Shown here: piece after piece, positions 1 to 9,672 of the stretch
Position numbering within the stretch: the first letter of the stretch is position 1
Layout: each line of letters begins with the position of its first letter
Assembly (NCBI GenBank): GCA_964612755.1
Contig: CAZTEM010000001.1
Coordinates: forward strand, 6,232 to 70,231
DNA length: 64,000 nt
Source: an uncultured Desulfobacterales bacterium
GTDB taxonomy: Bacteria > Desulfobacterota > Desulfobacteria > Desulfobacterales > Desulfobacteraceae
Direction: 5' to 3'
Made by a program: the position numbers and the translations under genes
Notes under the pieces: model-generated
The model's database searches: none
Told to the model about the DNA's origin: nothing
What the model saw: the letters and a program-made list of their open reading frames with translations, nothing else

Positions 1-1772
1 AATACGCCCTGTACCTTACCTGTTTCAACATCAACATCAACTCTCTTAAATGCCGGGTTAGAACCTGTTCCAGGCATCAGGCTGATAGTCCCTGCGACAG
101 GAACGATAAAGCCTGCACCACCATAAGTCAATACTTCTCTAATGGTCAGACGCCATCCAGTTGGAACACCCTTGAGAGCCGGGTTATCAGATAAAGATAA
201 ATGGGTTTTTACCATACACATACCAAGACCTGCAAGCTCAGGATCAGCCTGGATTCTGTCAATGGCAACATTTGCTTCGTTGGAATAATCAACTCCATCT
301 GCTCCATAAACTTCTTTGGCAATGAGCTCGATTCTCTCTTTAATAGGCATATCAAGTTCATAAAGGAATTTGAAATCTGTTTTTTCCTCACATGCTTCAA
401 TAACAGTTTCAGCAAATTCGATAGCACCGTCACCGCCTTTTTCCCAATGTCGGGAAAGAGCAACTCTTGCGCCTTCTTTTTCACTGAGTTCACGAACCTT
501 TGCAATTTCAGCATCAGTATCTGTATAAAATGCATTAATACATACAACAGGGCTGATACCTGCTTTTCTGACATTTCTGATATGATGAATAAGATTAGCA
601 CAACCCTTTGCAACCCATTCAACATTTTCCTGGCTGTATTCTTCAGGCATTGGTTTTCCTGGTACAGGAACAGGTGCGCCGCCATGACATTTAAGCGCTC
701 TGATTGTTGCAACAACAACAGCACAATCAGGTTTAAGTCCGGAATATCGACATTTTAAATTCCAGAATTTTTCAAATCCTATATCAGCACCAAATCCAGA
801 TTCAGTTACATGATAATCAGCAAGTTTTAACCCGACTTTATCAGCAATAATTGAACTTTGGCCTATGGCAATATTTGCAAAGGGACCTGCATGAACAATA
901 ACAGGCTGTCCTTCAAGGGTCTGCATCAAAGATGGTTTTAAGGCATCTACCATCCATGCTGTCATTGCTCCTGCAACCTGAAGATCTTCAGTTGTAACAG
1001 GTTTACCTTTTTTAGTATAGGCAACAACAATTTTACCCATTCTCTCGCGCATATCTTTAAGATCAGTTGCAACAGCCAGAATTGCCATTACTTCTGAGGA
1101 AACAGCAATACCGAATTTTGATTTCATCATAAAACCATCTGCTTTACCATTTACACCGTCAATACCAATAATGATATTTCTCAAAGACTGGCAGCAGAAA
1201 TCCATGATCCATCCCATTTCAACTTTTGTGGGATCAATATCAATTCTCTCCATACCGGAAAGTCTGTTAAGCTGCTCATCTGTATAATTTCTTTCATGCT
1301 GCATACGGGACGTCAAAGCAACCATTGCAAGGTTGTGAGCGTTCATGATCGCATTAATATCACCTGTAAAACCTAATGAAAAAGGTGTAAGAGGAATACA
1401 TTGTGCAAGCCCGCCACCAGCTGCTGACCCTTTTATATTCATTGTAGGTCCGCCAGAAGGCTGACGAATAGCTGCACAAACATTTTTTCCAAGTTTGCCA
1501 AGACCCTGGACAAGTCCCATGGAAGATGTTGACTTGCCTTCGCCAAGGGGCGTAGGGCTGATTGCCGTTACATCAATATATTTTCCATCAGGTTGATCTT
1601 TAAGACGTTCAAGTACTTTCTGGAAATCTATTTTAGCAATATAGTGCCCCTGGGGGAGAAGTTCTTCTTTAGTAAGCCCCAGTTTTTCACCAATTTCATA
1701 GATTGTAAGCATTGATTTCTCAGCATCTTCAGCTATCTCCCAGTCTAAATGTTTGGTTGGATCTAATGCCAT
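1..1772 (-). CDS. fhs: formate--tetrahydrofolate ligase; C-terminus clipped by the window edge, only a few residues missing
   Basis: Not in the ORF track because no stop lies inside the window. My reverse-strand translation from ATG (1772-1770, AAAGGAG SD upstream) reads [19 protein letters not shown]...[20 protein letters not shown]...[25 protein letters not shown]. There is no in-frame stop down to base 3. Confidence 0.93.
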   Translation of the reverse strand, partial: MALDPTKHLDWEIAEDAEKSMLTIYEIGEKLGLTKEELLPQGHYIAKIDFQKVLERLKDQPDGKYIDVTAISPTPLGEGKSTSSMGLVQGLGKLGKNVCAAIRQPSGGPTMNIKGSAAGGGLAQCIPLTPFSLGFTGDINAIMNAHNLAMVALTSRMQHERNYTDEQLNRLSGMERIDIDPTKVEMGWIMDFCCQSLRNIIIGIDGVNGKADGFMMKSKFGIAVSSEVMAILAVATDLKDMRERMGKIVVAYTKKGKPVTTEDLQVAGAMTAWMVDALKPSLMQTLEGQPVIVHAGPFANIAIGQSSIIADKVGLKLADYHVTESGFGADIGFEKFWNLKCRYSGLKPDCAVVVATIRALKCHGGAPVPVPGKPMPEEYSQENVEWVAKGCANLIHHIRNVRKAGISPVVCINAFYTDTDAEIAKVRELSEKEGARVALSRHWEKGGDGAIEFAETVIEACEEKTDFKFLYELDMPIKERIELIAKEVYGADGVDYSNEANVAIDRIQADPELAGLGMCMVKTHLSLSDNPALKGVPTGWRLTIREVLTYGGAGFIVPVAGTISLMPGTGSNPAFKRVDVDVETGKVQGV

Positions 1773-1820
1773 AATTTTACTCCTTTTTATAATGATGATT
1801 TAACCTGCAAAAAAACCTAA

Positions 1821-1841
1821 GCTGATTATCTAATAATCAGC
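1821..1841. promoter_or_regulatory. perfect inverted repeat GCTGATTAT-cta-ATAATCAGC in the fhs 5' leader
   Basis: 9-bp arms read directly from the sequence, 49-69 nt upstream of the fhs start. Could be an operator or a leader RNA hairpin. Confidence 0.4.
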
Positions 1842-1987
1842 AACTTAAGATAATATATTTGTGTCAGCCAATCTCAACTTAATGATAAAATCCAAATTTA
1901 TTAGCCCAATATGGAACGTATATAAAATTTTTTGAAAAATCAACTATTTTAACGTCTACAATTTGAATTTATTTAATAAATTGCATT

Positions 1988-2018
1988 CACTTTATAGCTA
2001 TAACGTAGCTATAAAGTG
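1988..2018. promoter_or_regulatory. perfect 13-bp-arm palindrome CACTTTATAGCTA-taacg-TAGCTATAAAGTG in the fhs/acs divergent intergenic region
   Basis: Arms are exact reverse complements. The site lies about 285 nt upstream of acsD and about 215 nt upstream of fhs. Confidence 0.45.
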
Positions 2019-2082
2019 AAATAGCTTGTCCCTGAAGCGTTTCAGCATGTTTATCTCATTTTTCAAAAAATCCACATACCTA

Positions 2083-2111
2083 TTGACAAAACAGGTTTCA
2101 AATTGTAATTT
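2083..2111 (+). promoter_or_regulatory. candidate sigma-70 promoter for the acs operon
   Basis: TTGACA (2083-2088), 17-nt spacer, TAATTT (2106-2111). Implies a leader of about 190 nt. Confidence 0.3.
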
Positions 2112-2303
2112 TCTAAAGTTGATTTTATTAATTAATGGCGAAAGCAGCATAATTATGACAAAACAAAATAGAATTAAAGTCCTTTTTTTTCTAAAAATTA
2201 TTTTTGATTATGCATTCCTTTTTTTAAAAAATCTTATAGTTCCAAACCAGTTAAGACACCCGCAACCCAACATAAATTTTTATTATTGTAAAAGGAGGTA
2301 AAA

Positions 2304-3845
2304 GTGGGATTTGAAATCAATAAAGAATCTTATGCTGGCAGCATAAAAGATATTACCATTGGAAAAGGTGATAAAGCTTTAACTGTCGGTGGTCAAACAA
2401 GTTATCCTTTTTATCAGTTCGAAGGTGAGATGCCCAATAAACCCATTATTGCAATGGAAATCTGGGACATGGAGCCTGAAGAATGGCCGGAAGCTGCAAT
2501 AGCACCTTTTAAAGATGTTATTTCCGACCCTGCAGCATGGGCAAAAAAATGTGTCGATGAATACGGTGCTCAGGCTATTGTTCTCCAATTAAAAAGCACA
2601 GATCCTAATGACAAAGACAGAAGTCCTGAAGATGCTGCTGCTGTTACGAAAAAAGTCCTTGAAGCAATTAATGTTCCTTTGATTGTATGGGGAGTTGCTG
2701 CTCCTGCTAAGGATGAAGAAGTTCTTAAAAAAATTGCAGAAGAATGCCAGGGCGACAATCTTATCTTAGGTCCTGTTGAAGAAAAGAATCATAAAGGGAT
2801 AGGTGCTGCTGCAATGGGTTACAAGCATGCGATAATCTCTTCTTCACCAATTGATGTCAATCTTGCAAAACAGGTCAATATCCTTCTTGAAAACCTTGGT
2901 ATGGACCTGGGCAATGTAATTACTGATCCTACAACCGGTGGACTTGGATATGGTCTTGAATATTCATATTCAGTTATGGAACGTCTTAATATGGCAGCCA
3001 TGACCCAGGGTGATGATAAACTTCAGAATCCAATGATAAATAATCTTGGAAACGAGGTCTGGAAATGTAAGGAAGCAAAACAGACTGTTGAAGATGCTCC
3101 TGAACTTGGTGATCCTGAAAGAAGAGCAATCCTGATGGAAGCTGTCGGTGCAGTTTCATATCTCCTGGCAGGTTCCAGTATTCTTATCATGCGTCATCCT
3201 GAATCAATCAAACTTGCCAAAGTATTTATTGATCTTTTATATAGCGGCGGTTCTGCATTGGATGTTGGCCCCATTGAAAAACGCCTGGATGATGTTGATA
3301 TTGACTTTACAGCTTTTTCTCCAGAGCCTGATCTTTCCATTGAAGAAGAAAAAAAGGCTGCTCCTGCGAAAAAAGAAGCTCCAGCTAAAAAAGAAGCTCC
3401 TAAAGCTGCAGCTAAACCTGCGGCTAAAGCAGCACCAAAGTCTGCCCCTAAACCTGAAGCAAAAGCTGCTCCAGTAAAAAAAGAAGCTGCTCCTAAAGCT
3501 GATCCTGAAGCAGAAGCTAAAGCAAAGGCTGAAGCTGAGGAAAAAGCAAGACTTGAAGCAGAAGCTAAAGCTAAAGCTGATATAGAAGCAAAAGCAAAAG
3601 CTGAAGCTGATGCAAAGGCAAAGGCCGAAGCTGATGCAAAAGCAAAAATCGAAGCTGAAAAACAGGCTGAAAAAGATGAAGCTGCAAAACGAGAAGCTGA
3701 AGCTGAAGCTCTGCGGCTGAAACGAGCAGAAGAGCAGGAAAAAAGAATGGCTGCGGCTGAACCCGCAAAAGATAAAAAAGTTACAATGACAGCTGCTAAA
3801 ACCCAGCGATCTGCATTGTCTAAGTTTAAAAAAATTAGAAGATAA
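2304..3845 (+). CDS. acsD: corrinoid iron-sulfur protein small subunit (AcsD/CdhD-like) with an Ala/Lys/Glu/Pro-rich C-terminal extension of about 190 aa
   Basis: GTG start preceded by AAAGGAGG. The first ~320 aa have AcsD-type TIM-barrel sequence (ITIGKGDKALTVGGQTSYPFYQFEG..., DPTTGGLGYGLEYSYSVMER). The gene is first in a cooS-acsB-acsC-acsE cluster. Confidence 0.85.
   Translation: MGFEINKESYAGSIKDITIGKGDKALTVGGQTSYPFYQFEGEMPNKPIIAMEIWDMEPEEWPEAAIAPFKDVISDPAAWAKKCVDEYGAQAIVLQLKSTDPNDKDRSPEDAAAVTKKVLEAINVPLIVWGVAAPAKDEEVLKKIAEECQGDNLILGPVEEKNHKGIGAAAMGYKHAIISSSPIDVNLAKQVNILLENLGMDLGNVITDPTTGGLGYGLEYSYSVMERLNMAAMTQGDDKLQNPMINNLGNEVWKCKEAKQTVEDAPELGDPERRAILMEAVGAVSYLLAGSSILIMRHPESIKLAKVFIDLLYSGGSALDVGPIEKRLDDVDIDFTAFSPEPDLSIEEEKKAAPAKKEAPAKKEAPKAAAKPAAKAAPKSAPKPEAKAAPVKKEAAPKADPEAEAKAKAEAEEKARLEAEAKAKADIEAKAKAEADAKAKAEADAKAKIEAEKQAEKDEAAKREAEAEALRLKRAEEQEKRMAAAEPAKDKKVTMTAAKTQRSALSKFKKIRR
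3342..3775 (+). repeat. low-complexity coding repeat (PAKKEA units, then AKAKAEAD-type 24-nt periodic units) inside acsD
   Basis: Runs of gct/gca/aaa/gaa codons. AKAKAEADAKAKAEADAKAKIEAEK is visible in the translation, and the antisense frame yields a spurious 331-aa ORF. Confidence 0.85.
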
Positions 3846-3905
3846 TATTCGAATTTAAAATATGGATTCGATAACACAATAAAATAATATGAGGAGGAAC
3901 CTCTA

Positions 3906-5927
3906 ATGGCAGAAGAGAAAAAAGCCAAACCAGTCAAGGCTCCAAAACTGGCTGATCCGATCGCATCTACCATTGATGTAGCATCACAGGAGATGATAGT
4001 GCGAGCCCAGAAATTGGGCGTTGAAACAATTTTTGATAGAGCTATGAATATGAAACCTTGTGCAATAGGTGTACAGGGAATTTGCTGTAAAAATTGTTCC
4101 ATGGGTCCTTGCAGACTTCCACTTCCCAAAGGCGGCATAGAAGGTGAAGATACTCGTAAAGGCCTTTGTGGTGCAACAGCCAACACCATAGCAGCCCGTA
4201 ACTTTGTCAGAATGATTGCCGGTGGTGCTGCTGCACATTCAGATCATGGACGTAGTGTTGCCGAAGTCTTTTTATCAGCAGCTAAAAAGCTTACAGATGA
4301 TTATAAAATAAAAGATTATGAAAGGCTTTTAGATGTTGCACCTTATCTGGGTGTAGCCACCACTGTTGAAGTTGACGGTGAGGAACTTGATAGAGATTTA
4401 GATGAGATTGCTGTTGAATTTGCTGAAAAAGCAATAGCAGAATGGGGTAAGCCAGAAGGTGAATTATTATATGCCAAAAGAGCACCTGAGCCTTTATATG
4501 AAAAATGGAAAAAAGCAGGTGTTATCCCCAGAAATATTGATCGTGAAATCGTTGAAATTATGCATAGAACCCATATGGGTGTTGACCAGGATTATAAGAA
4601 CTTGATGAAACAAGGGACTCGGGCAGCCATAGGAGACGGCTGGGGAGGTTCCATGCTGGCAACTGATATGCAGGATATCCTTTTTGGCACACCCTACCCG
4701 CTTCAAGCAGAATCTAATATTGGAGTATTAAAACAAGACCATGTAAATGTAGTTATTCATGGTCATGAACCTGTGCTCTCTGAAATGATTGTTGCTGCAT
4801 CGCAAACCCCTGAAATGATCGAATATGCCAAGTCAAAAGGCGCTAACGGGATCCAGCTCAGCGGTATCTGCTGTACAGCCAACGAAATGCTGCAACGACA
4901 CGGAGTTCCCCCTGCAGGTAATTTCCTTCAACAGGAACTTGTCATAGTAACAGGCGCATGCGATGCCATGGTAGTGGATATCCAATGTATCATGCAGAAC
5001 CTTGCCAATGTTGCAAAGTGCTTTCATACCAAACTTATTACAACTCATCCCATTGCAAGAATGGAACAAGACAATGTTATTCATATAGAATTTGACGAAC
5101 ATCATGCAATGGAAGATGCCATCCGCATTCTTAAGATGTCTTGTGATAATTTTGAAAATCGTAGTGCTGATGTTATGATCCCAAAACATACAGCGACTCA
5201 AATTGCAGGTTTTGGTGTTGAATCAATCAGATACCACTTAGGCGGAACTTTCCGTGGTGATTATTATACACTGAATGACAATATTATTAATGGCAGAATT
5301 CGCGGTGGAGCTGGCGTAGTAGGATGTAACAATGCAAGACAACAGCATAATAACGGTTGTATTACAATGATTAAAGAATTAATCAAAAATGATGTTATTG
5401 TCCTTACAACCGGATGTAATGCCATAGCTTGTGCTACAGAAGGTCTATTAACTCCTGAATCTGCAGCAGTGCATTGCGGTGCAGGCCTTGCTGAGGTATG
5501 TGAGACAGTTGGAATACCACCGGTCTTACATTTAGGCTCATGTGTAGATAATAGTCGTATTCTACTTGCCTTAACCGAAATGGTTAAAGCTGGTGGACTT
5601 GGCAATGACATTTCTGATTTACCCGCTGCTGGAAGCGCACCTGAATGGATGAGTGAAAAAGCCATCTCCATTGGACACTATTTTGTAGCTTCTGGTGTTT
5701 ATACTGTATTTGGAGGTATGTTACCAACTAGTGGTGCTCCTGTATTTGAGGATTACCTGTTTAAAGAGTTTGAAAATAAATTTGGCGGCATGTGGGATAT
5801 GGTAGTTGACCCTATCGAACACGCCCACGCAATCATTGCCCATATAGATAAGAAACGACAAGCTTTGGGTATTGATAAAGCAAGAGAAAGAGTTATGATG
5901 GATTTTGCTGCACGCCAGGCTCTTTAG
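3906..5927 (+). CDS. cooS: Ni-dependent carbon monoxide dehydrogenase catalytic subunit
   Basis: AGGAGG SD. N-terminal Cys cluster motifs (CAIGVQGICCKNCSMGPCRL), HGHEP, and GCNN/TGCNA segments typical of CooS/AcsA. 673 aa. Confidence 0.95.
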   Translation: MAEEKKAKPVKAPKLADPIASTIDVASQEMIVRAQKLGVETIFDRAMNMKPCAIGVQGICCKNCSMGPCRLPLPKGGIEGEDTRKGLCGATANTIAARNFVRMIAGGAAAHSDHGRSVAEVFLSAAKKLTDDYKIKDYERLLDVAPYLGVATTVEVDGEELDRDLDEIAVEFAEKAIAEWGKPEGELLYAKRAPEPLYEKWKKAGVIPRNIDREIVEIMHRTHMGVDQDYKNLMKQGTRAAIGDGWGGSMLATDMQDILFGTPYPLQAESNIGVLKQDHVNVVIHGHEPVLSEMIVAASQTPEMIEYAKSKGANGIQLSGICCTANEMLQRHGVPPAGNFLQQELVIVTGACDAMVVDIQCIMQNLANVAKCFHTKLITTHPIARMEQDNVIHIEFDEHHAMEDAIRILKMSCDNFENRSADVMIPKHTATQIAGFGVESIRYHLGGTFRGDYYTLNDNIINGRIRGGAGVVGCNNARQQHNNGCITMIKELIKNDVIVLTTGCNAIACATEGLLTPESAAVHCGAGLAEVCETVGIPPVLHLGSCVDNSRILLALTEMVKAGGLGNDISDLPAAGSAPEWMSEKAISIGHYFVASGVYTVFGGMLPTSGAPVFEDYLFKEFENKFGGMWDMVVDPIEHAHAIIAHIDKKRQALGIDKARERVMMDFAARQAL

Positions 5928-5995
5928 AAACGATTGGAATTGTTAATTATGAATTTATCATTTAAATATCAAATCCTCAACGAAGGAGGAATAAA

Positions 5996-8209
5996 ATGTC
6001 AAGATTAATAGCATTTGCTGCCATTCAAGGTGGCTATAAAGTTGTTGCACAGGCCGAAGGAGCATACAACAAAGCTCTTGAGACCTATAATGCGGACACT
6101 AAGGTAGGATTCCCCAATACTGGGTATTTTCTACCGGTAATATATTCACTTTTTGGAATTAAAGTTGAAACCCTTGAAGACATAAAGGAACCTTTGGAAA
6201 TTGCACGAAACCTTCTTCCCCCGCATATCAAAGGGAAAAACTGGCTCCCCTTCCTGGGACCTCTCCTTGATGCAGGTATGGCCGGGATTATTTCCTATGA
6301 AATAATAGAAGCACTCAGATACCTTAATGAACCGGATTTCTATCTCCATGCCGAAGATCCTGACATTGAGAATGGAAAAATCTGGACAGGTGCTGCAGAT
6401 GATACAATATTCAGAAAAAGAGGTGTTGAATTTGTTGATGGTTCTGCTCCTGGTTTTGCTGCTATAGTTGGTTCTGCACCAGACGTTGAAACAGCCAAAA
6501 TGATCATTGAAGATTATCAGCAACGAGGTCTTTATATGTTCTGTGCTGCAAATCACAACGGAACAACTGTTATTGAACAGCTCATTGAAGCAGGCGTACA
6601 GGTTGGATGGAGTACACGAATCGCATGTTTTGGTCCTGATATCTCTTCTGCAGTCTTTGCATTGGGTTTTGCAAACAGAGTTGCAATGGCTTTTGGTGGA
6701 GTTCAGCCTGGCGATTACAAAAAAATTCTCATGTACAATAAAGAAAGAGTATTTGCCTTTGTTAATGCATTAGGTGATGTTGGAACAGAATGGGGCGTTG
6801 CTGCGGCAGGATGTGTAAACTGGGGATTCCCAACCATTGCTGACACAGATATTACCCAGATTCTTCCCACTGGTATTTGTACTTATGAACATGTTGTAGC
6901 ACCTGTTGCCCATGATGAAATATGTGCCAAATCAGTTGAAGTCAGAGGACTTAAAACACTTGTTGCAGATGTTGATATAGCATGTGCATTTGGTCCTGCC
7001 TATGAAGGTGAAAGAGTCAGAGGTGCTGATCTTCATGCCCAATGTGGTGGTGGAAAAACTCAATGTACTGAGCTTGTAAAATTAGCAGATATGAGTGAAA
7101 TTGAAGACGGCAAAATAATTGTGGACGGACCTGAAATCGATGGCATTAAAGAAGGAGATACATTTCCTCTTGGAATATTTGTTCAGATTGCAGGCCGTGA
7201 ATTCCAGGAAGATTTCGAACCGATCATGGAACGACAGATTCATCACCTTGTCAATTATATACAAGGTATTATGCATATCGGGCAGAGAGATATATCCTGG
7301 GTTCGTGTTGGCAAGGCTGCAATTGAGAAAGGATTTACACTCAAGGATATTGGTACTGTCCTCCATGCAAAATTCCATCAGGAATTTACTAAAATTGTTG
7401 ATAAAGTTCAAGTTACTCTTTATACAAAAAAAGCAGATGTTGACAAACTGACTAAAACTGCAAGAGAAGAATACCAAAAACGTGATGCCCGTGTTGATAC
7501 AATGACAGATGAAGATGTTGAAACATATTATTCATGTACTCTCTGCCAGTCTTTTGCACCTAATCATGTTTGTACTGTAAGCCCTGAAAGAACAGGTCTT
7601 TGCGGTGCATATAACTGGATGGACTGCAAAGCTGCTTTTGAAATCAGCCCGACAGGCCCTAACCAGCCAATTGAAAAAGGTGAATGCCTTGATCCTAAAC
7701 TTGGACAATGGGCAGGTGTTAATGATTTTGTAAATAAAGCATCAAGGGGCGCTGTTGAACGTTACAATCTTTATTCCATGGTTATTGACCCAATGACAAC
7801 ATGTGGCTGCTGCGAATGTATTGCAGCTATGCTTCCAGCATGTAATGGTGTTATGACAGTTGGTCGTGACTATAGTGGAGAAACACCTTGTGGTATGAAA
7901 TTTACTACACTTGCAGGTGTTATGGGTGGTGGTGCTTCTTCTCCAGGATTTGTTGGTCATTCAAAACATAATATTACCCAGGGTAAATTTATCCTTGGTG
8001 ATGGTGGTCTTTTAAGAATGGTATGGATGCCTAAAGAGCTGAAAGAAGAATTAAAAGACCGTATTGTTGCCAGAGGCGAACAAATGGGCGTTCCAGATCT
8101 TTATGACATGATTGCTGATGAGACTGTTGGACTTTCCGAAGAAGAAATTTTACCATTTCTCCAGGAAAAAGGACATCCGGCACTCACAATGGACCCGATT
8201 GTAGGATAA
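5996..8209 (+). CDS. acsB: acetyl-CoA synthase (A-cluster subunit)
   Basis: 737 aa. CTLCQSFAPNHVCTVSPERTGLCGA cubane motif plus the Cys-Gly-Cys Ni site (TTCGCCECI). GGAGG SD. Confidence 0.95.
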   Translation: MSRLIAFAAIQGGYKVVAQAEGAYNKALETYNADTKVGFPNTGYFLPVIYSLFGIKVETLEDIKEPLEIARNLLPPHIKGKNWLPFLGPLLDAGMAGIISYEIIEALRYLNEPDFYLHAEDPDIENGKIWTGAADDTIFRKRGVEFVDGSAPGFAAIVGSAPDVETAKMIIEDYQQRGLYMFCAANHNGTTVIEQLIEAGVQVGWSTRIACFGPDISSAVFALGFANRVAMAFGGVQPGDYKKILMYNKERVFAFVNALGDVGTEWGVAAAGCVNWGFPTIADTDITQILPTGICTYEHVVAPVAHDEICAKSVEVRGLKTLVADVDIACAFGPAYEGERVRGADLHAQCGGGKTQCTELVKLADMSEIEDGKIIVDGPEIDGIKEGDTFPLGIFVQIAGREFQEDFEPIMERQIHHLVNYIQGIMHIGQRDISWVRVGKAAIEKGFTLKDIGTVLHAKFHQEFTKIVDKVQVTLYTKKADVDKLTKTAREEYQKRDARVDTMTDEDVETYYSCTLCQSFAPNHVCTVSPERTGLCGAYNWMDCKAAFEISPTGPNQPIEKGECLDPKLGQWAGVNDFVNKASRGAVERYNLYSMVIDPMTTCGCCECIAAMLPACNGVMTVGRDYSGETPCGMKFTTLAGVMGGGASSPGFVGHSKHNITQGKFILGDGGLLRMVWMPKELKEELKDRIVARGEQMGVPDLYDMIADETVGLSEEEILPFLQEKGHPALTMDPIVG

Positions 8210-8225
8210 TATATTAGTAAAACAG

Positions 8226-8257
8226 GGGCTGTGTTCACCAGAATTATTGCACAGCCC
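8226..8257 (+). other. intercistronic stem-loop between acsB and acsC
   Basis: GGGCTGTG ... CACAGCCC arms with no following T-tract. More likely an mRNA stabiliser or processing element than a terminator. Confidence 0.4.
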
Positions 8258-8305
8258 TGAACTTTAAAATTAAATAGATAGTTAAAATAATTTAAGGAGA
8301 TTAAA

Positions 8306-9652
8306 ATGGCTTTAACAGGTATTCAGATATTCAAACTCCTTCCAAAAACAAATTGTAAGGAGTGCGGTGTCCCTACATGCTTAGCCTTTGCAATGAACCT
8401 TGCATCAGGTAAAGCAGAGCTTGACGCCTGCCCCTATGTATCTGACGAAGCAAAAGCAGAACTTGCAGAAGCTTCTGCCCCTCCTATCAGACCAGTGAAA
8501 CTTGGGAAGGGTGTTCGCCAGAGGATTACAGGTGGTGAGACCGTACTATACAGACATGAAAAAACTTTTTTTAATGCAACTACCATTGCAGCAACCATAT
8601 CATCAGATATTGATGCTGCAGAGGTTGAGAACAAACTTAAAATTTACAATGCATTTCAATATGAACGTGTTGGTTTAAATTTAAGACCCGAACTGCTTGT
8701 AGTAAAAGATGCAGGCAATGGTAAAGATGCCTTTGCAGCTATTGCAAAAACAATTGCTGAAAAATCAGAATTCAATCTTGTTCTAATGACAGAAGATCTT
8801 GATGTCATGAAAGCCGGTATTGAAACTGCAGGTTTTAAACGCCCTCTTCTCTATGCAGCAACAAAAGACAACTTAGATACATTTGGCGCTTTGGCAAAAG
8901 ACAATGACCTGCCCCTTGCTGTAAAAGCCGATTCTGTAGCTGACCTTATTCCTCTTACAGACAAGCTTGTTGAAATGGGGGTTAAAGATATTGTTATTGA
9001 TTCAGGAGCAAGAGAAATCAAACAGGCTCTTGAAGATCAGGTGGCAATAAGACGAGCTGCTCTAAAAGACAGCAATCGATCTTTGGGCTTTCCAACAATT
9101 ACCTTTCCTTGTGAAATGGCATCTAATCTGGATATGGAAACCCTGATAGCAGGCATGTTCATAGCTAAATACGGCGGCATTGTTGTATTATCCGACTTTG
9201 CTACAGAATCACTTTTCCCACTATTGTTAGAAAGGCTTAATATTTATACTGATCCTCAAAGACCAATGACTGTTACAGAAGGAATCTATGAGATTGGTAA
9301 GCCTGATGAAAACTCACCAATAGTTGTTACAACCAACTTTGCCCTTACCTATTTTATTGTTTCAGGTGAAATTGAGGCAAGTAAAGTTCCAACATGGTTG
9401 TTAATTAAAGATTCTGAAGGATTAAGTGTTCTTACTGCATGGGCAGCCGGCAAATTTGCAGGTGATGATGTCGGAGCATTTATAAAAAAGAGTGGAATTC
9501 TGGAAAAAACAAAAACAGATGAACTTATTATTCCAGGGTATGCAGCTGCAATTGCAGGTGAAATTGAAGAAGAGCTGCCAGGTTGGAAAATCACAGTAGG
9601 ACCGAGAGAAGCTGCGCATATTCCGGCTTTTCTCAAAGCGAAATTAACTTAA
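8306..9652 (+). CDS. acsC: corrinoid iron-sulfur protein large subunit
   Basis: N-terminal 4Fe-4S motif CKECGVPTCLAFAMNLASGKAELDACP. 448 aa. AAGGAG SD. Confidence 0.93.
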   Translation: MALTGIQIFKLLPKTNCKECGVPTCLAFAMNLASGKAELDACPYVSDEAKAELAEASAPPIRPVKLGKGVRQRITGGETVLYRHEKTFFNATTIAATISSDIDAAEVENKLKIYNAFQYERVGLNLRPELLVVKDAGNGKDAFAAIAKTIAEKSEFNLVLMTEDLDVMKAGIETAGFKRPLLYAATKDNLDTFGALAKDNDLPLAVKADSVADLIPLTDKLVEMGVKDIVIDSGAREIKQALEDQVAIRRAALKDSNRSLGFPTITFPCEMASNLDMETLIAGMFIAKYGGIVVLSDFATESLFPLLLERLNIYTDPQRPMTVTEGIYEIGKPDENSPIVVTTNFALTYFIVSGEIEASKVPTWLLIKDSEGLSVLTAWAAGKFAGDDVGAFIKKSGILEKTKTDELIIPGYAAAIAGEIEEELPGWKITVGPREAAHIPAFLKAKLT

Positions 9653-9672
9653 AAATAAAGGACTTATCTAAA

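Noticed and set aside
201-758. 185-aa plus-strand and 171-aa minus-strand ORFs from the track
   Set aside because: Both lie inside fhs in the wrong frame or strand. The fhs frame gives unmistakable formate-THF ligase sequence across this span.
2026-2301. 91-aa ORF in the acs leader
   Set aside because: Non-ATG start, no SD, and an AT-rich Phe/Leu/Lys/Ile composition typical of random ORFs in AT-rich intergenic DNA. It would run straight into the acsD SD.
2112-2303. Possible cobalamin/THF/Moco riboswitch in the long acs leader
   Set aside because: I looked for a B12-box-like GCCACTG core and GC-rich paired elements. The leader is very AT-rich with no recognisable riboswitch core. A covariance-model scan would be needed to exclude one fully.
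3194-4189. 331-aa minus-strand ORF (plus 3148-3477 + and 3571-3768 -) overlapping the acsD tail and the cooS start
   Set aside because: It is antisense or off-frame to strongly supported genes. Its Ala/Ser/Phe-rich sequence is the mirror image of the GCT/GCA/AAA repeat, so it is a low-complexity artefact.
9583-9672. Upstream extension of acsE (track start 9583)
   Set aside because: It would overlap acsC by 70 nt and adds non-conserved residues. The ATG at 9673 has an SD and begins the conserved MILFGESLN sequence.
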